This document shows positions 42,950 through 56,282 of a stretch of 64,000 nucleotides of DNA, piece by piece. The translations under genes and the position numbers were made by a program. The DNA comes from Octopus sinensis (Eukaryota), in assembly GCF_006345805.1 (NCBI RefSeq), contig NC_042998.1, forward strand, positions 77,810,001-77,874,000, read 5' to 3'. How positions within the stretch are numbered: the stretch's first letter is position 1; each line of letters opens with the position of its first letter. Below the pieces are notes generated by a model. It was given only the letters and a program-made list of their open reading frames with translations, did not search any database and was not told where the DNA came from.

Positions 42950-42999
<50 letters not shown>

Positions 43000-44817
43000 A
43001 TATATACAAACATGCAGGGAGGCAGCGTGACATACAGACAGATAAATAGGTAGAGGCAGACATAGACGTCTTCCTTTGATCTTTGACAAAACAGATTATT
43101 GTAAAAGTATATATATATATAATGTAAATATGAGAAATATATATAAGAAGTTGTAATTGAAAATGAGAAGCAGACACTCGCGCAATTAGTTAGCATGTCT
43201 CTTTAGTGTACGAGTGTGAGTATTTGACAAAAGGAAAGGTGGAGAAAAAGATGAGAACATTTCAAATGATAATCAATCGAAAACAAAGCAAAACGCATGA
43301 AGAAAGAAAAGATCAAATTAAAGCAGAGAAAACTAAAAAGAAAATACGACACGATTGAAATGTAGCTGCAAGTGTCTTATTATATGCATATGTGTATTTG
43401 ATACAACGATGCCGGAGCAAATATATGATGTACGTATATACTAGCCGTTATATGAAGCCTTTCCAGGATTATTAATACGTAAAGAGATCACAATATTTCG
43501 GATGAGTGCTTTCAAAATATTCACCCATCTCAGCTGTATCTAAACGGTCCATACTTGAATTGTGACGCCCTACCCACCCAAAAAATAAATAAATAAAATA
43601 AAAAGAAGAGACATAGAACCTAAATATAGAATCTAAATTTATTTTCTTGGGTAGCGTATTATAAAAAAAAAATTTGTATTCCTAATTTTTTTCACTCTCA
43701 GGAATATATCTTAGAAGATATGAGTGAGCTTATTTCTGCCTTCAGGAAATTATGTACTCCAGAGCCAAATTTCAGGAGCATGGTTCAGTCGTCATGGAAT
43801 TCATATGCAAGCATTAGTTTCTATATATTAAGATTAGAAAATGAAGGCAAATATGCAAATATCCTAATAGATATCCAAATGTTTCAACAGAGAAACGGCG
43901 AGAAGGGAAACAAGTGCATGCATATATACAGAAAGAAGAGGTAGAAATTATATTTACTAACAGTATCTTGTTCGCTTTTTATCGAAGTAATGAGCCTACA
44001 TTCGGAGCCAGCTAAAAAAAGTATCCCTGTTTTCGTTAAACGTAATAAGAACTGTATGTAATTCACTTCTATCTTTTTGCTGATTTGCGTTGCTTGAACC
44101 CCCCTCTTAATTTTCTGCTATATGTTATTTACATCTATACATATGTGCGTTCTCATTCAAAAAGAGCCAAGAACATGTCGAATTATAAATCTGAACAATT
44201 TTGTGATTTATCCAAAGTTACTAATATTTGCTGCTAATTTTCACACACTAACATGAAAGCTGTTCACAAGAGAGCAATATCTTATCGTCCGAAATAATTT
44301 GATCTTAAAGCTCTCCATTAAGTTATTATGTGGAAGGCAATTACTGTCCTAGTTATGCGCTCTGTCACAAGAAACATCTCTTCTGTGATTACTGCAGAGA
44401 TAAGCTTTTGCTTACATTCTTTCTTTTTTATCAAGTTTGCGGGGTTTTTTTGGAGAATATGAAATCAGATTCCGATACGTATTCAGGTTAAAGATCTCTA
44501 TTTGTGATCTGTGAAGAGAGTTGTACAATAAGGGAACAAATGTATATAACATTTACCGCTGAATGTTAGATGTCAACTTATTGATTTTCTATCTGATCAT
44601 CAGTTGCATCAACGTCAACAATTATGAGTCTTAAGAAAAGAAACGCTAACATTAAAGTGATACCACAATGACGATGACTGAAGCATTTTTATAGGAATGT
44701 AGATAATTCCGTCTATACAAATAACGATAGATATTATATAACTTATGCAGTGTCTGTTGTACAGTACTGACTACAGCAACGTTATATTTCACTTTCTAAT
44801 ATGACTGACTTATATAT

Positions 44818-45030
44818 AGCGGCGACTTGGCAGATTCGTTAGCACGCCGGGCAAAATGAATAACGGCATTTCGTCTGTCATTACGATTTCAGTTCAAATT
44901 CTGAAGAGTTCGTCTTTGCTTTTCATCCTTCGGGGGTCGATAAATTAAGTAGCATTTGAGCACTAAGGTCGATGTAATCGATTTATCTCTTACCCGAAAT
45001 TGCTGGCCTTGAGCCAAAATTTGAAAACAA
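44818..45030 (+). mobile_element. SINE family S1
   Basis: Similar to 95-308. Confidence 0.8.
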
Positions 45031-45999
45031 TATGATTGGCGTATATCATTTAGATCATAGATATTAATTTTAAAACGCTGAACGGAAAATAAGTTAATTG
45101 TCATCATGTATGCAAAAAATACAAATTGCCTTGCACTTGGTACATCAAATAATGTGATTCCAATGTAGTGCAAGTGTGTTGTTTAAATACCATGTATCAT
45201 AACATCGGGACAAATCGTAAGTAGATTCCAACTATATAAATTGTACATGTGATTAGAATCGATGGCCCAACCTTATATGCATTAATTGTATGTACATATT
45301 ATTCAACAGCAACATCTTCATATGAATATTATACAAATGAAGACAAAAAGTTCGTTTTCAACAAAGAAAACATTTTATAAGAAGTTTCGATATGTGAATG
45401 ATGTGATTGTATGGAATGCTACACACAAGAATAATGGAAATATGTGGTGTCCGTTTGTTATTCGTTATGACAAACTTCAAATTCTCTGACCGTTAATGTT
45501 AGAATCAATTTCTGATAACGAATGGTTTGACAAAGGTGTCAGATATCAGGTGATCATTAGGATATAAAATCTATCTGTTCAAATTTGTATTATTAAACTG
45601 TTATTGATATATATGTTATTTCTTATCATCTGTTGTGTTAGGTCATATAACTATTTGTAACAGCTCTATTATGTCAACTTGTTAGACATTTTTACTTTTA
45701 CATGTCCTAATGTATCATCAACACCATGCACACTTTCATAACGTTAATGTTGATGTGATTTAAAGTGTAAACATCTTACATTTTGTTTATTTCAGCAATA
45801 GAATAAGCCACATTACTCGAGCTAATTTTTGGGAAATATGTGATCCGTGCGCTTTAAATGGAGGAATTTAAAGATGCAATCCGAGCAACATAAGAGGATT
45901 TTGTGCATGTGGTATACTGAGAGATGTAAATTTGAAGCAGGTTCAATAAAAACGTACAGGGAGAAGTCTAGATTACGTTGAACTCTGATATTTGATCAG

Positions 46000-46155
46000 T
46001 CAATAAAGTATTCTGGCAGACCATCCGAGGACTTCGTTCGTAGCAAAACCTTTTTCCCACAACTGACCTTAAGAACACAGCTGGAATTTTTATCTCTACA
46101 GAGAAGAGCATCCTTCGATCGTGGACAGAATACTTTGCTAATGTTCTAAATTCTG
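46000..46155 (+). mobile_element. RTE-clade LINE internal fragment
   Basis: Translates NKVFWQTIRGLR … LKNTAGIFISTEKSILRSWTEYFANVLN, resembling the EN-RT linker of RTE elements. Confidence 0.55.
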
Positions 46156-46699
46156 TTACGATTTAAAGTTAAACTAATCTTTTCATGATATGGTCGACAT
46201 ATAAGTATGATATTCTATATGTCTTAGATCGCAGTATTCGACGGAAGCATCATATTGAATAGAGCAAATTATCAAAGAGGATATATATCTTGAAAATGCA
46301 GCTGAATTATATAAACAATACAAAACAAAACTAGATTACCTATAGAAGCTATGTTTATTCCACAATATACTGCTAAAGCTCAGTACTCATCTACGGTATC
46401 ATAATATAAAGCTAAACCTAGATACTATTGCAATAGCATTTTTGACTCTATAAATAATACTGCGTGTGAGGGTTAGGTAATTAAATCAGAAATAAATACA
46501 TTTTCGATAAACAACAATAATATGCACAAGTAAAACCATTTCATCTAGATTTAACCTTGCAATCACCTGTATATATAGATGGAAATATAAAAGCAAAATA
46601 TAAAAGAATTAAGGAAATATTAAAGTCAGAGCATAATTATATATTAATTAACATACATACATGCTCATATACAAATAACCATACACAGACAAACGCAAT

Positions 46700-47085
46700 A
46701 TGTTATACATTATGGCCACATTCCAATTGTGAGGCAAATCGAAATATTGTGACTCGTCTCTCTGTGAGAATAGGTTTGTCCACTCACTGTCGATTAATAT
46801 TGGTGACTGGAGTTGCTGGTCTCCAAATGTGTGGATTATCTTCAATGTTGATTTCCTTTTCTTTAAACTTCGTACATTTATAGGCACTACTTCTCTCGAT
46901 GGTCTGATGTCCATCTGCAAACTGCAGCCTTGTGATGATATGCGCTGATTCTGCATGAAAGCTTCTACATGACAACCGAGAAGAATATTAACCATGGGAT
47001 AAAAGTTACTTCACCAATCTCAACTCCCTATGTCTGAAAATGTCATCGCCACACTTTGCGCTACTTTCGCGACAACCTCACGTAT
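46700..47085 (-). mobile_element. mariner transposase N-terminal remnant
   Basis: KFKE..INIEDNPHIWRPAT and ERRVTIFRFASQL resemble the mariner HTH region. Confidence 0.5.
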
Positions 47086-47103
47086 ATTTAATGTCTATGT
47101 ATG

Positions 47104-47141
<38 letters not shown>

Positions 47142-47174
47142 TGTGTGTTTATGCATATATATTTGTATGTAAAA

Positions 47175-47323
47175 AGGGTAAGACCCCCTTCGGTCATGAA
47201 TGACCATGGGATTGCACCTAGAAAGTTACCCTCCTAGACACAAGTCCGGGCAAGGTTGTTTATGGAAGACCAGCAGTCGCCCATGCATACCAGCCTACCC
47301 TCTCCACGCCACCAGTGTTATCC
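47175..47323 (-). mobile_element. SINE family S3 3' fragment
   Basis: Matches 13547-13695. Confidence 0.85.
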
Positions 47324-47442
47324 ATGTATATATATATATATATGTATATATATGTATGTATGTTTATGTATATATGCGCGCGTGTATATGAGTATATATA
47401 TGTATATGTATATCTAACTGTCTGCCTGTCTCTCTATATCTA

Positions 47443-47485
<43 letters not shown>

Positions 47486-47612
47486 ATATCTATCTCTCTC
47501 TCTCTATATATATATACATATATATAGGGTAAAAAAGGATTGAGTGGTTGCGTTACATAATTAACATTTTCAAGATTAAATAAAAAGACAACGAACGGAA
47601 AATATGACGTAC

Positions 47613-47688
<76 letters not shown>

Positions 47689-48049
47689 ATGTGTGTGTTT
47701 GTATGTGTGTGTGAATATAATGCAAAAAAACGTGTAGTAAATAAACATAAGAAAATATACTAAATACACAGACGAACAGAAAACACAGGTCACCAACTCC
47801 TCTTCCGTTATCGGCCAGAAGGTCAAGGCGCAATTTTGGCCATTATCGATAATATTACTTCCACCCTGGAGGCACCGGCAAGAAGCTTACCTGGAATGGG
47901 ACACTTTTCATTTCACCTTCGCGTTACACATTTCTGACTTGTCTTGCAGCGCTAAGGCTCTTTTTGCTGTATATGTATTATCATTAGCTTCTCATCGATG
48001 TATATGGATATATTATTATTTATGTATAAGAAAAGAAAAGAAAATGGAG

Positions 48050-48732
48050 AAATCGACAGCAAATTGGAAGTTGATTGAGAAAGAGATCCTCAAACACGAT
48101 GGGGCCTAAATGTCTCTCCACACCAGACATGGACATGAAACACAAACGTTTCATGTCCATAATACAAGCCATATGTGACTAATATGTCCCAGTGATTAAT
48201 ATGTCCCAGCACACACCAAAACAAGATCCCTAGAGAAAGGAAGATTCTCATAAGACGACGAACAAGGATTGCGGACCGCCTGAGCAAGCCCACCAAAAGT
48301 GGTGAGAAGTCTCGCCTGGAGAGAATGCTAATGGAAATTGAGTAAAGTCAGCATCAGTCTCATGAAAAGGAGAGGGCAGATAAAGAAGCTTGGGTAATAG
48401 ACAATATCAAATTAAACACTAAAGCTTTCTTTAAGTTTGCCAAAGAGACAGCCACAGTGCGCCAGAGAATAGGACTTCTCTTCCAAAAAGATGACTCCCT
48501 CACAGGAAATCCCACGAGAATAAGTGAAATACTGAACGAACAGTTCCAAAGTGTGTTCACTACATCTCTAGGACACAGGGAAATAAATAAACCAGAAGAA
48601 TTCTTTGTCACTTTACCTGTGGTCAAAGAGGCAAAAATTGAGTACATCAACATTGAAGATGATGATATCACACTGGCCATAGATGAGATTGACACAAACT
48701 CAGCTGCTGGACCTGATCGATTTTCAGCGATC
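48050..48732 (+). mobile_element. CR1-group LINE ORF2 internal fragment
   Basis: KAFFKFAK…ISEILNEQFQSVFT…IDEIDTNSAAGPDRFS. Confidence 0.75.
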
Positions 48733-48744
48733 ACACACACACAA

Positions 48745-48817
<73 letters not shown>

Positions 48818-50062
48818 ATATATATATATGGAAATTAATAGATAAATCATATATCAATAACATTACATGAAACTTATTGTATAAGACAACTTTAGGAATG
48901 CTTCGAAATACTGCAACTTTTTTTTATTACAGATGAATATCATACACATCGCAAACATACTTTCATAATATACAGGGGAAATAATTTATATTCATATACC
49001 AAACATGTTCTAATTCCTTATTATGAACTTCGAAATAGGCATACACATGTGGTGAGCCAAAACTCCATAATTCATTACAGGTGCAATGAATATTATGAGT
49101 CAATTCTTCTCAATTTATTGATGTACATAGGAGGCCAAAACATGGTTTGAAAAAAGATTCTGGTCGGGGTATCAAGTGATTGCATTCGCCTTACATATGG
49201 ATAAATATATCAGATCAAAAATTTATTAAATATTGAGCATTTTATTTTATTCCTGCATATTTGTCTTAGCAGTATGTTGGTGGTGCGAGTCCATGTGTGA
49301 GGTTCTGTATCTTTGTTCATATATAAATATATGCATGTATGTATGTACACACACACATACACACACAGGCACACGCACATACACATATATACATGCATAT
49401 ATACAATTTATATCTATATACATATCTGTAGATATACATATATGCATATTCATGCATACACATATACACGTTTTTGTGGATAATTATATGGGCATGAAAA
49501 ATATAACCATATAAAGTTTGAAAACAGAGGGAAGCAAAATGTGTCTGTATCATGGTCGGATCAGATTTCAAAGTAATATGTATTTATGTTCGTTTAATTG
49601 ATGCAGACATGTTGTACCTATCTCGTTTCACGCTAACTAAGAAATATATTGACACCTGACAGCAGTAGAATTTTAATACGTTTGTGATGAAGAAGATTAA
49701 ACATAAGTGAAAAAGAGAAATGAAGGGAAACATCAAAACTAAACGAAATAAATGCTATAGCACATATCACATCTCTAATGTTGTAAAGCATAGAAGCAAA
49801 GAAATAAAAAAAAATACAAGAAAGCAGAGAGGGCTTTATGAAGAACATATGGGTATGATTATGTTTGGTACCATGCTAAGCGAAAAACATACAAAGAATC
49901 ACACACGGTGGGCAATTTGAATTAACGCAACGTATAAACATAAGATACGTTCACCGGACACACAGGCATACATACTTGCACACACATATATCTCTATCTA
50001 TATAATATGTGTTTATGTTTCTGTTCGCGCGGGTGTGCGTGTGTGTGTACATATATAAATGC

Positions 50063-50099
<37 letters not shown>

Positions 50100-50149
50100 T
50101 GTGTGTGTGTGCATGCGTATTTGTGTGTATGTTTATGAATATGTATTCT

Positions 50150-50395
50150 TTTCTTTTATTGTTTTATTCTTTCACCTGCTTCAGTCATTTGACTGCGGCC
50201 ATGTTGGAGCACCGCCTTGAGGAGCTTTAGTCGAACAAATCGACCCCAGAACGTGTTTTTAAGCCTAGTACTTATATTTTGTCAGTCACTTTTGCTGAAC
50301 TACCAAGTAACGGGGGCGTAAACACAACCATACTAGTTGTCAAGCGGTAATGGGGACAAACGCAGACACAAAGACTTACACATAAATACATACGC

Positions 50396-50452
<57 letters not shown>

Positions 50453-50592
50453 CATACGATTGGCTTCTTTCAGTTTCCGTCTACCAAATCCACTTACAAG
50501 GCTTTGGTCAGCTCGAGGCCATAATAGAAGACACTTGCCCAAGGTTCCACGCAGTAGTACTGAACAGATAACCATAGGTTGGGAAGCAAACT
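50150..50592 (-). mobile_element. SINE family S4
   Basis: Reverse complement of 18575-18940, including the internal (TG)n. Confidence 0.8.
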
Positions 50593-50597
50593 TCTGT

Positions 50598-50670
<73 letters not shown>

Positions 50671-50764
50671 TATATTTATATATTCATATATATATATATA
50701 TACATATACATTTATGTATATATATACATATATATATATATATGTATGTAAAATTAAAATTTAA

Positions 50765-51282
50765 ATGAGGGTGAAAAAATTGGATATTAATTTGATAAAA
50801 TGAATTTAACACCAGTGGTTTAGCATACTAAAAAACTGAGGTTCAGTAAATAGTATTACATACATATAATAAGGATTACCACCTGTGTCCCTAATGCTAG
50901 AAGTATATCCGCTATGGTCTTTCCACTAAGAATTGTTCTCAAGAAAATTTAGCAAATACAAGAAACGTAAGCGAGCAAGGCAAATGAAAAGTAAATGAAA
51001 TGTAGATTAATTATGAACAATGTTTCTCTATTAACAAATTACGTAATTTTATTTACGAAAGTAAGTAAAATTGCGTAAGTAAAATTACGTAATCTGTTAA
51101 TAGTGAAACATTGTTTATGATTAATCTGTATTTTTGTTACTTTTCATTTGTCTTGCTCGCTTACGTTTCTGGTGTTTGCTAAATTTTCTAGAGAACAATC
51201 CTTAGTGCTAAGACCATAGTGGATCTACTCGTAGCATTAGGGTGTCCACATAGGTGGTAATCCCTCTTATATGTATGTAATA
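50765..51282 (-). mobile_element. older fold-back family P1 element (no hammerhead retained)
   Basis: Diverged ~205-bp inverted arms at about 50853-51058 and 51072-51282. P1-type terminus GAGGGTG…CACCAGTGGTTTAGCAT. (TA)n flanks. Confidence 0.7.
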
Positions 51283-51299
51283 TATATATATATATATAT

Positions 51300-51526
51300 G
51301 TCACCGTGATCACCGTGACTGACCAAGCAATCAGATGTTGCTACACATCGCTGGTCACAATGCGCTTCGCATTGTTTTAGCCTTCAAATGACGCCACTCC
51401 GCTGCCTAAGCGAGCCGGCCAATAGAAGAGAGAAAAGTGAGAGAAACTTGTGGCGAAAGGGCACAGCAGGGATCCCCCCTACAGGAGCCTCGTGGAGCTT
51501 TAGGTGTTTTCGCTCAATATACACTA
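51300..51526 (-). mobile_element. SINE sharing the S2 central domain but with a different 3' tail
   Basis: 51435-51526 matches the reverse complement of 3556-3655, while 51300-51430 is unrelated to 3660-3860. Confidence 0.7.
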
Positions 51527-51569
51527 AGTGGCATATATACTTCATATATATATATATATATATATATAG

Positions 51570-52005
51570 TAAAATAGGTATTCAGATAGAATCAGGTACT
51601 TGAAAGGATATGCACCAGGTAGGACATGATAAACCTGTGGTTCTGGCCTCTCGTTAATACGTATCAAATGGGATATTCCGGTTGTGTACACAGGGAAACC
51701 CAACCCTATGGGTATTTAGCGCCTCGGGGCTAGTCCAAAACCCGCGTTACGTTAAATTGTACGTTGTTGATATACTCTAGGATGTCCGATAATTCGTAAA
51801 TCCCTTTGGTGTATTATAATCATATGAATAATAACAGACGATAGGTAAATGTCAGCTCATTACACCTGTTTCTTATGCATTCTTACATAGAAGAATGAGA
51901 ACATTATTCCTTTACAAAAACCCGTAATCATCGGATGAAATGTAATTTTACAAACAAAAGATATGCTTTTCATTATCTATCGTCTGTTATTATTGTTTTG
52001 TTTAT
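51570..52005 (-). repeat. family P3 repeat with short terminal inversion
   Basis: Homologous to 20631-20925. AATAATAACAGACGATAGGTA (about 51827) is inverted at about 51974. (TA)n on both sides. Confidence 0.65.
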
Positions 52006-52012
52006 ATATATA

Positions 52013-52061
<49 letters not shown>

Positions 52062-52127
52062 TATACATATATGTGTGTGTGTGCGTGCGTGAGTGCGTGC
52101 GTGTGTGCGTTGTGCGTGTGTGTGTGT

Positions 52128-52456
52128 ATTCTTTTACTTGTTTCAGTCATTTGACTTCGGCAATGCTGGAGCACCCCCTTTAGTCGAAGAAATCGATCCC
52201 AGAGCTTATTCTTTGTAAGCTTAGTACTTATTCTATCGGGTACTTTTGCCGAACGGCTAAGTTTCGGGGACGTAAACACACTAACATATATACCATCGGC
52301 TTCTTTCAGTTTCCATCTACCAAATCCACACACAAGGCTTTGGTCGGTCCGATACTATCGTAGAAGACACTTGCACAAGATTCCACGCAGTGAGACTGAA
52401 CCCAAAATTAAGTGGCTGGGAAGCAAGCTTCTTACCACACAGCCACGCCTGCACCT
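52128..52456 (-). mobile_element. SINE family S4 with intact head
   Basis: Minus strand starts AGGTGCAGGCGTGGCTGTGTGGTAAGAAGCTTGCTTCCCAGCCAC. Confidence 0.8.
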
Positions 52457-52539
52457 CTATGCATATATCATTGCGATTATGTTATAATGTCATATGTCCC
52501 AATTTGGTTTATGCGTTTTGATTCAATATTTATTTTTGC

Positions 52540-52752
52540 TTGCAATAGCCGGTTCTTTTGGTCAATCTACCGTATCTCTAGCTGTTTCGGAGCCAAGATA
52601 TCAAATATTGTCAAATCTTGTTGAACGTTGGGAAGATGTTGTAAACAACAAGAGTGAATACATTATTGATTAATTAGTTGTTATTTTTTTATTGAACCTT
52701 TTAAAAAAATTAAAATAAAAAACAGCGGGAATTTAGTTGCCAAACCAATATA
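52540..52752 (+). mobile_element. mariner 3' end remnant
   Basis: LVERWEDVVNNKSEYIID* followed by a TIR-like AAAAACAGCGGGAATTTAGTTGCCAAACCAATA. Confidence 0.55.
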
Positions 52753-52798
52753 TATATTCGTGTGTGTGTGTGTGTGTTTGTGTATGAGAGAGAGAGAG

Positions 52799-52834
<36 letters not shown>

Positions 52835-53105
52835 TGTGAATATATTATACATATTATTATAATAAGGATAACATCTATATAAGAATTTATTAAGTAATCA
52901 CCGTGAAAAACCACTTAAAGGAAACATTTATACAAAATATATAATTTAATCCCTTTCTAATATATCTATTATATTAAGAGCATTACTACACGTAATTACC
53001 TCACGCTATAAGGGACTCTTAAAGTCAAACCTAGCTTAATAAATATACAGTGTACCGATAGTGAGGGAATGCAACTTGGAAGTCGTCTCTTAAAAACAGA
53101 TTCAG

Positions 53106-53165
53106 CTGCAAATTATAAGATTTCTTAGTTAGTGTACATAATCCACTTTCTAATCGTCAGTACAG
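53106..53165 (-). ncRNA. hammerhead motif (helix III eroded)
   Basis: CUGUA-CUGACGA-UUAG…CUAA-GAAA-UCUUAUA-AUU-UGCAG. Confidence 0.68.
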
Positions 53166-53260
53166 ACATAATCAGAACACATAAAAATGAACAAAATTCT
53201 ATGTGCTATGTTGGATACATTTGGTGTTCGTCTGGTATGTGAATTTTGTTTTGCTTATCC

Positions 53261-53320
53261 CTGCACTGACGATTAGAAAGTGGATTATGTACACTGAGTA
53301 TGAAATCATATGATTAACTG
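53261..53320 (+). ncRNA. hammerhead motif (helices I and II eroded)
   Basis: CUGCA-CUGACGA-UUAG…GUAU-GAAA-UCAUAUG-AUU. Palindromic helix III is retained. Confidence 0.55.
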
Positions 53321-55204
53321 CTGAATCTGTTTTTAAGAGACGACTACCATGTTGCATTCCCACGCTGTCTGTACACAAGCATGCATTTATTAAGGTACTT
53401 TTGACTTTAAGAATATCTTATAGCGTGAGACATTTAGATGTAGTAATGTATAATATTATATATATATATATATATGCATAATGGTCAGAGTAGCTTACGT
53501 TTCAACCGCTTCATCTTGGCTCGGCATTTAGACTTAAATCCTCTTCTCGAAACTAGAAAGGCAAGTTTAAAAAAAAATTATTTGCATCATGCTACATACA
53601 CACTATAAACCCCCTAAATTAATACTGCTATTTGAATTCTGCGACATTCTATTAAAATTATCATCTCATATCGAGTATGTTTTTAGATAGATCGATGATG
53701 GTCTAAGTTTGTAAAACCATTCTTTTGAATGATATATTTGTATCCTGAAATTATTGAAGGTGTATAACATATGCGTGTTGTGTATTAATAAATACGAAGA
53801 GGAGATAAAACATTTTCTACTTAAAATCTAAATGACTAAGAAAAACCAACACGTAATTTTAATATAAACAGACTACCAGACCACACATTTCAAGATTGAT
53901 ACCAAAAGTCACAATAAGGCATAATTTATAAAAAAAACTGTAGCAACACTGCATAAAAGGCGGCCAGTTGCTCAACTTTGCATCTCATTATCTCGGAGGG
54001 GGTCAATAAATAAAATATCATTAAAGGGTGATTTATTGACAGAGATTTTTGAGCATCACTTACTGGACATTAAATTGTAATTCAAATTCTGTCTCTTATG
54101 ATCAATCACCACGTAGCGAAACCGATTTTTTGCGACCTGGTTAAAGGTACAGAATCACAAATGTCGTTCAGATCGCGTCGATTTGGACAACGGTTCGGCC
54201 ACACTAATAAATTTTTCAAATGGCGGTCCCATTGTAAATTAGGATAAATGCTAGAAAACAATAAAACAACAATAGCAAACTAGTATAATACGGAACAGAT
54301 GCGAGTGAGACAGATAAGGAATTTTACCAGCATATTTATATTATTTAGGTATTTAGTACAAATGGCAATATGCACACTTATTGGGAGTTTACTTATAATA
54401 ACAAACCTAACCATATTCCAGAAAATATTATTGCTAGGCTCTGTATGTATTGCTTGAGCATACTTTAACAAAATTAATTAATCTGAAGATGTGTAAGCAA
54501 GTTTAACTAGATGTAATTAATTCTTGTTTTAAGAAACCAGCATCAAAAGTTATGAATACTAAAGATAATTATAGGCAATATCACGAGTCATAGAAGAGCA
54601 CAAAACTGCCAACAGACATATTCGATGTAATACTTGCAATTCTTACGATATTCTCAATAGATATTGCTGGAGTATTTCGTGAAACATTTCCTCACATTAT
54701 ATTCGTATTCAGAACATTAACTCCCACGAAATATACAGAGAGAATTAGCAAGTTAGTGAAACAGCTACACATTTATGTGGACATTACTTTTAAATTCCTT
54801 GCGGTAAATCTCTTCATAGGAAACTCCATCTCTCTTAGAAAATATGAAAGGGCAAATACTATGAATCTTTAGCATAGATATATTACCAGCTAGAACTTAA
54901 TACACTTAGTGTAATCGACGAAAAGAATATTTACGTTATCTATAATCCGCGAACCAATATGTCTAACATTTTATGTACAGGCAAGGTTATATGCTAAGGA
55001 ATTGCACTACTTTGCCTGCTGAATTAACGTATCATAGAAGTTATGGAATATATCTATAATCGTATTGTTATTTATTGCAACATCTGGAATGATGCACATT
55101 AACTTGTGTAAAAATATTGACAGATTACTTGTAAAAAGAAACTTAGATACGTTATTGGAGATAGCAATAGAACAGTGCATAATTATTTACATTCTCATAG
55201 TATT

Positions 55205-55276
55205 TGATAACGATGAGGATGATGATGATGATGACGACGACGACGATGATAATGATGATGATGATGACGATGATGG

Positions 55277-55315
<39 letters not shown>

Positions 55316-55348
55316 CGACGACGACGACGACGACGACAACGATGATGA

Positions 55349-55390
<42 letters not shown>

Positions 55391-55395
55391 TGATT

Positions 55396-55439
<44 letters not shown>

Positions 55440-55453
55440 AATGATGATGATGA
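55205..55453. repeat. (GAT/GAC)n microsatellite; second array at 56071-56283
   Basis: Read directly from the sequence. Confidence 0.95.
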
Positions 55454-55454
55454 T

Positions 55455-56070
55455 AAACAATACTGGTTATGTATGACCTGAAATTGTTTGCGAAATCTGA
55501 AAAAAAGATAGATTCCGTAACCAAAACAGTCCAGATGTGTGGTAGGGAAATCGGTATAGAATTTGAGATTACCAAATCCTCAGTATCCTATATGAAATGA
55601 GGGAAAAAAGCATCCTGCAGAGGATTGTGGTTACCATCAGGGGAGACCATGGGTGAACCCGACGGTAGTGGGTACAGATATTTAAGGATCTTGGAGCTAG
55701 ATGACATTCTACACAGAGAAGTGAAAGTCAAAATCAGTGAGGCGTATAAAGAAAGGGTGAAAATGGTGTTGAAATCCAACCTGAATGACTACACTTTGAT
55801 TACAGCAGTAAATATCTGGGTAGTTGCGATGGTCAGATATAGTGCGTCCATCCATAAATGGACTAAAGAGAACATATCGACACTGGATAGAAAGACTAGA
55901 GGGTTGATGACGCTGCATGGGGCATTATACCCTAAAGCAAACGTAAACAGACTGTATATGAAAGGAAATAATGGTGGCATAGGACTAATTAGTATAGACC
56001 TTTGTATAAGGAGTGAAAGGAGAACGCTTGCCGATTATTGGATAAATAGTGATGCAGATTTGCTCCAATA
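55455..56070 (+). mobile_element. Dong/R4 RT C-terminal fragment (different subfamily)
   Basis: YRYLRILE, TAVNIWVVAMVRYSA, LDRKTR.LMT.HGALYPKANVNRLY…GGIGL. Confidence 0.85.
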
Positions 56071-56072
56071 TA

Positions 56073-56133
<61 letters not shown>

Positions 56134-56170
56134 CGATGACGTTGACGATGACGACGACGACGACGATGAC

Positions 56171-56207
<37 letters not shown>

Positions 56208-56282
56208 TTCACGATGACGTTGACGGCGACGACGACGACGATGACGATGATGATAATGATGATGATGATGATGATGATGATG

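Larger units (their letters stand above)
42035..42953 (+). mobile_element. fold-back Penelope-like element (family P4): inverted partial pLTR + pLTR
   Basis: 42035-42398 and 42432-42795 are ~364-bp inverted arms (about 3 mismatches seen) with a 33-nt spacer and a unique 3' extension to 42953. (TA)n on both sides and one HHR per arm. Confidence 0.8.
52862..53448 (-). mobile_element. older fold-back family P1 element with two decayed hammerheads
   Basis: Diverged inverted arms at about 52981-53165 and 53261-53448, with a P1-type terminus. Confidence 0.7.

Noticed and set aside
47715-47950. Possible decayed hammerhead in a purine-rich repeat on the minus strand
   Set aside because: Both core segments deviate from CUGANGA and GAAA, so it cannot be supported without a consensus.
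55065-55575. Poly-Asp and poly-His/Arg ORFs
   Set aside because: Translations of the (GAT/GAC)n microsatellite.
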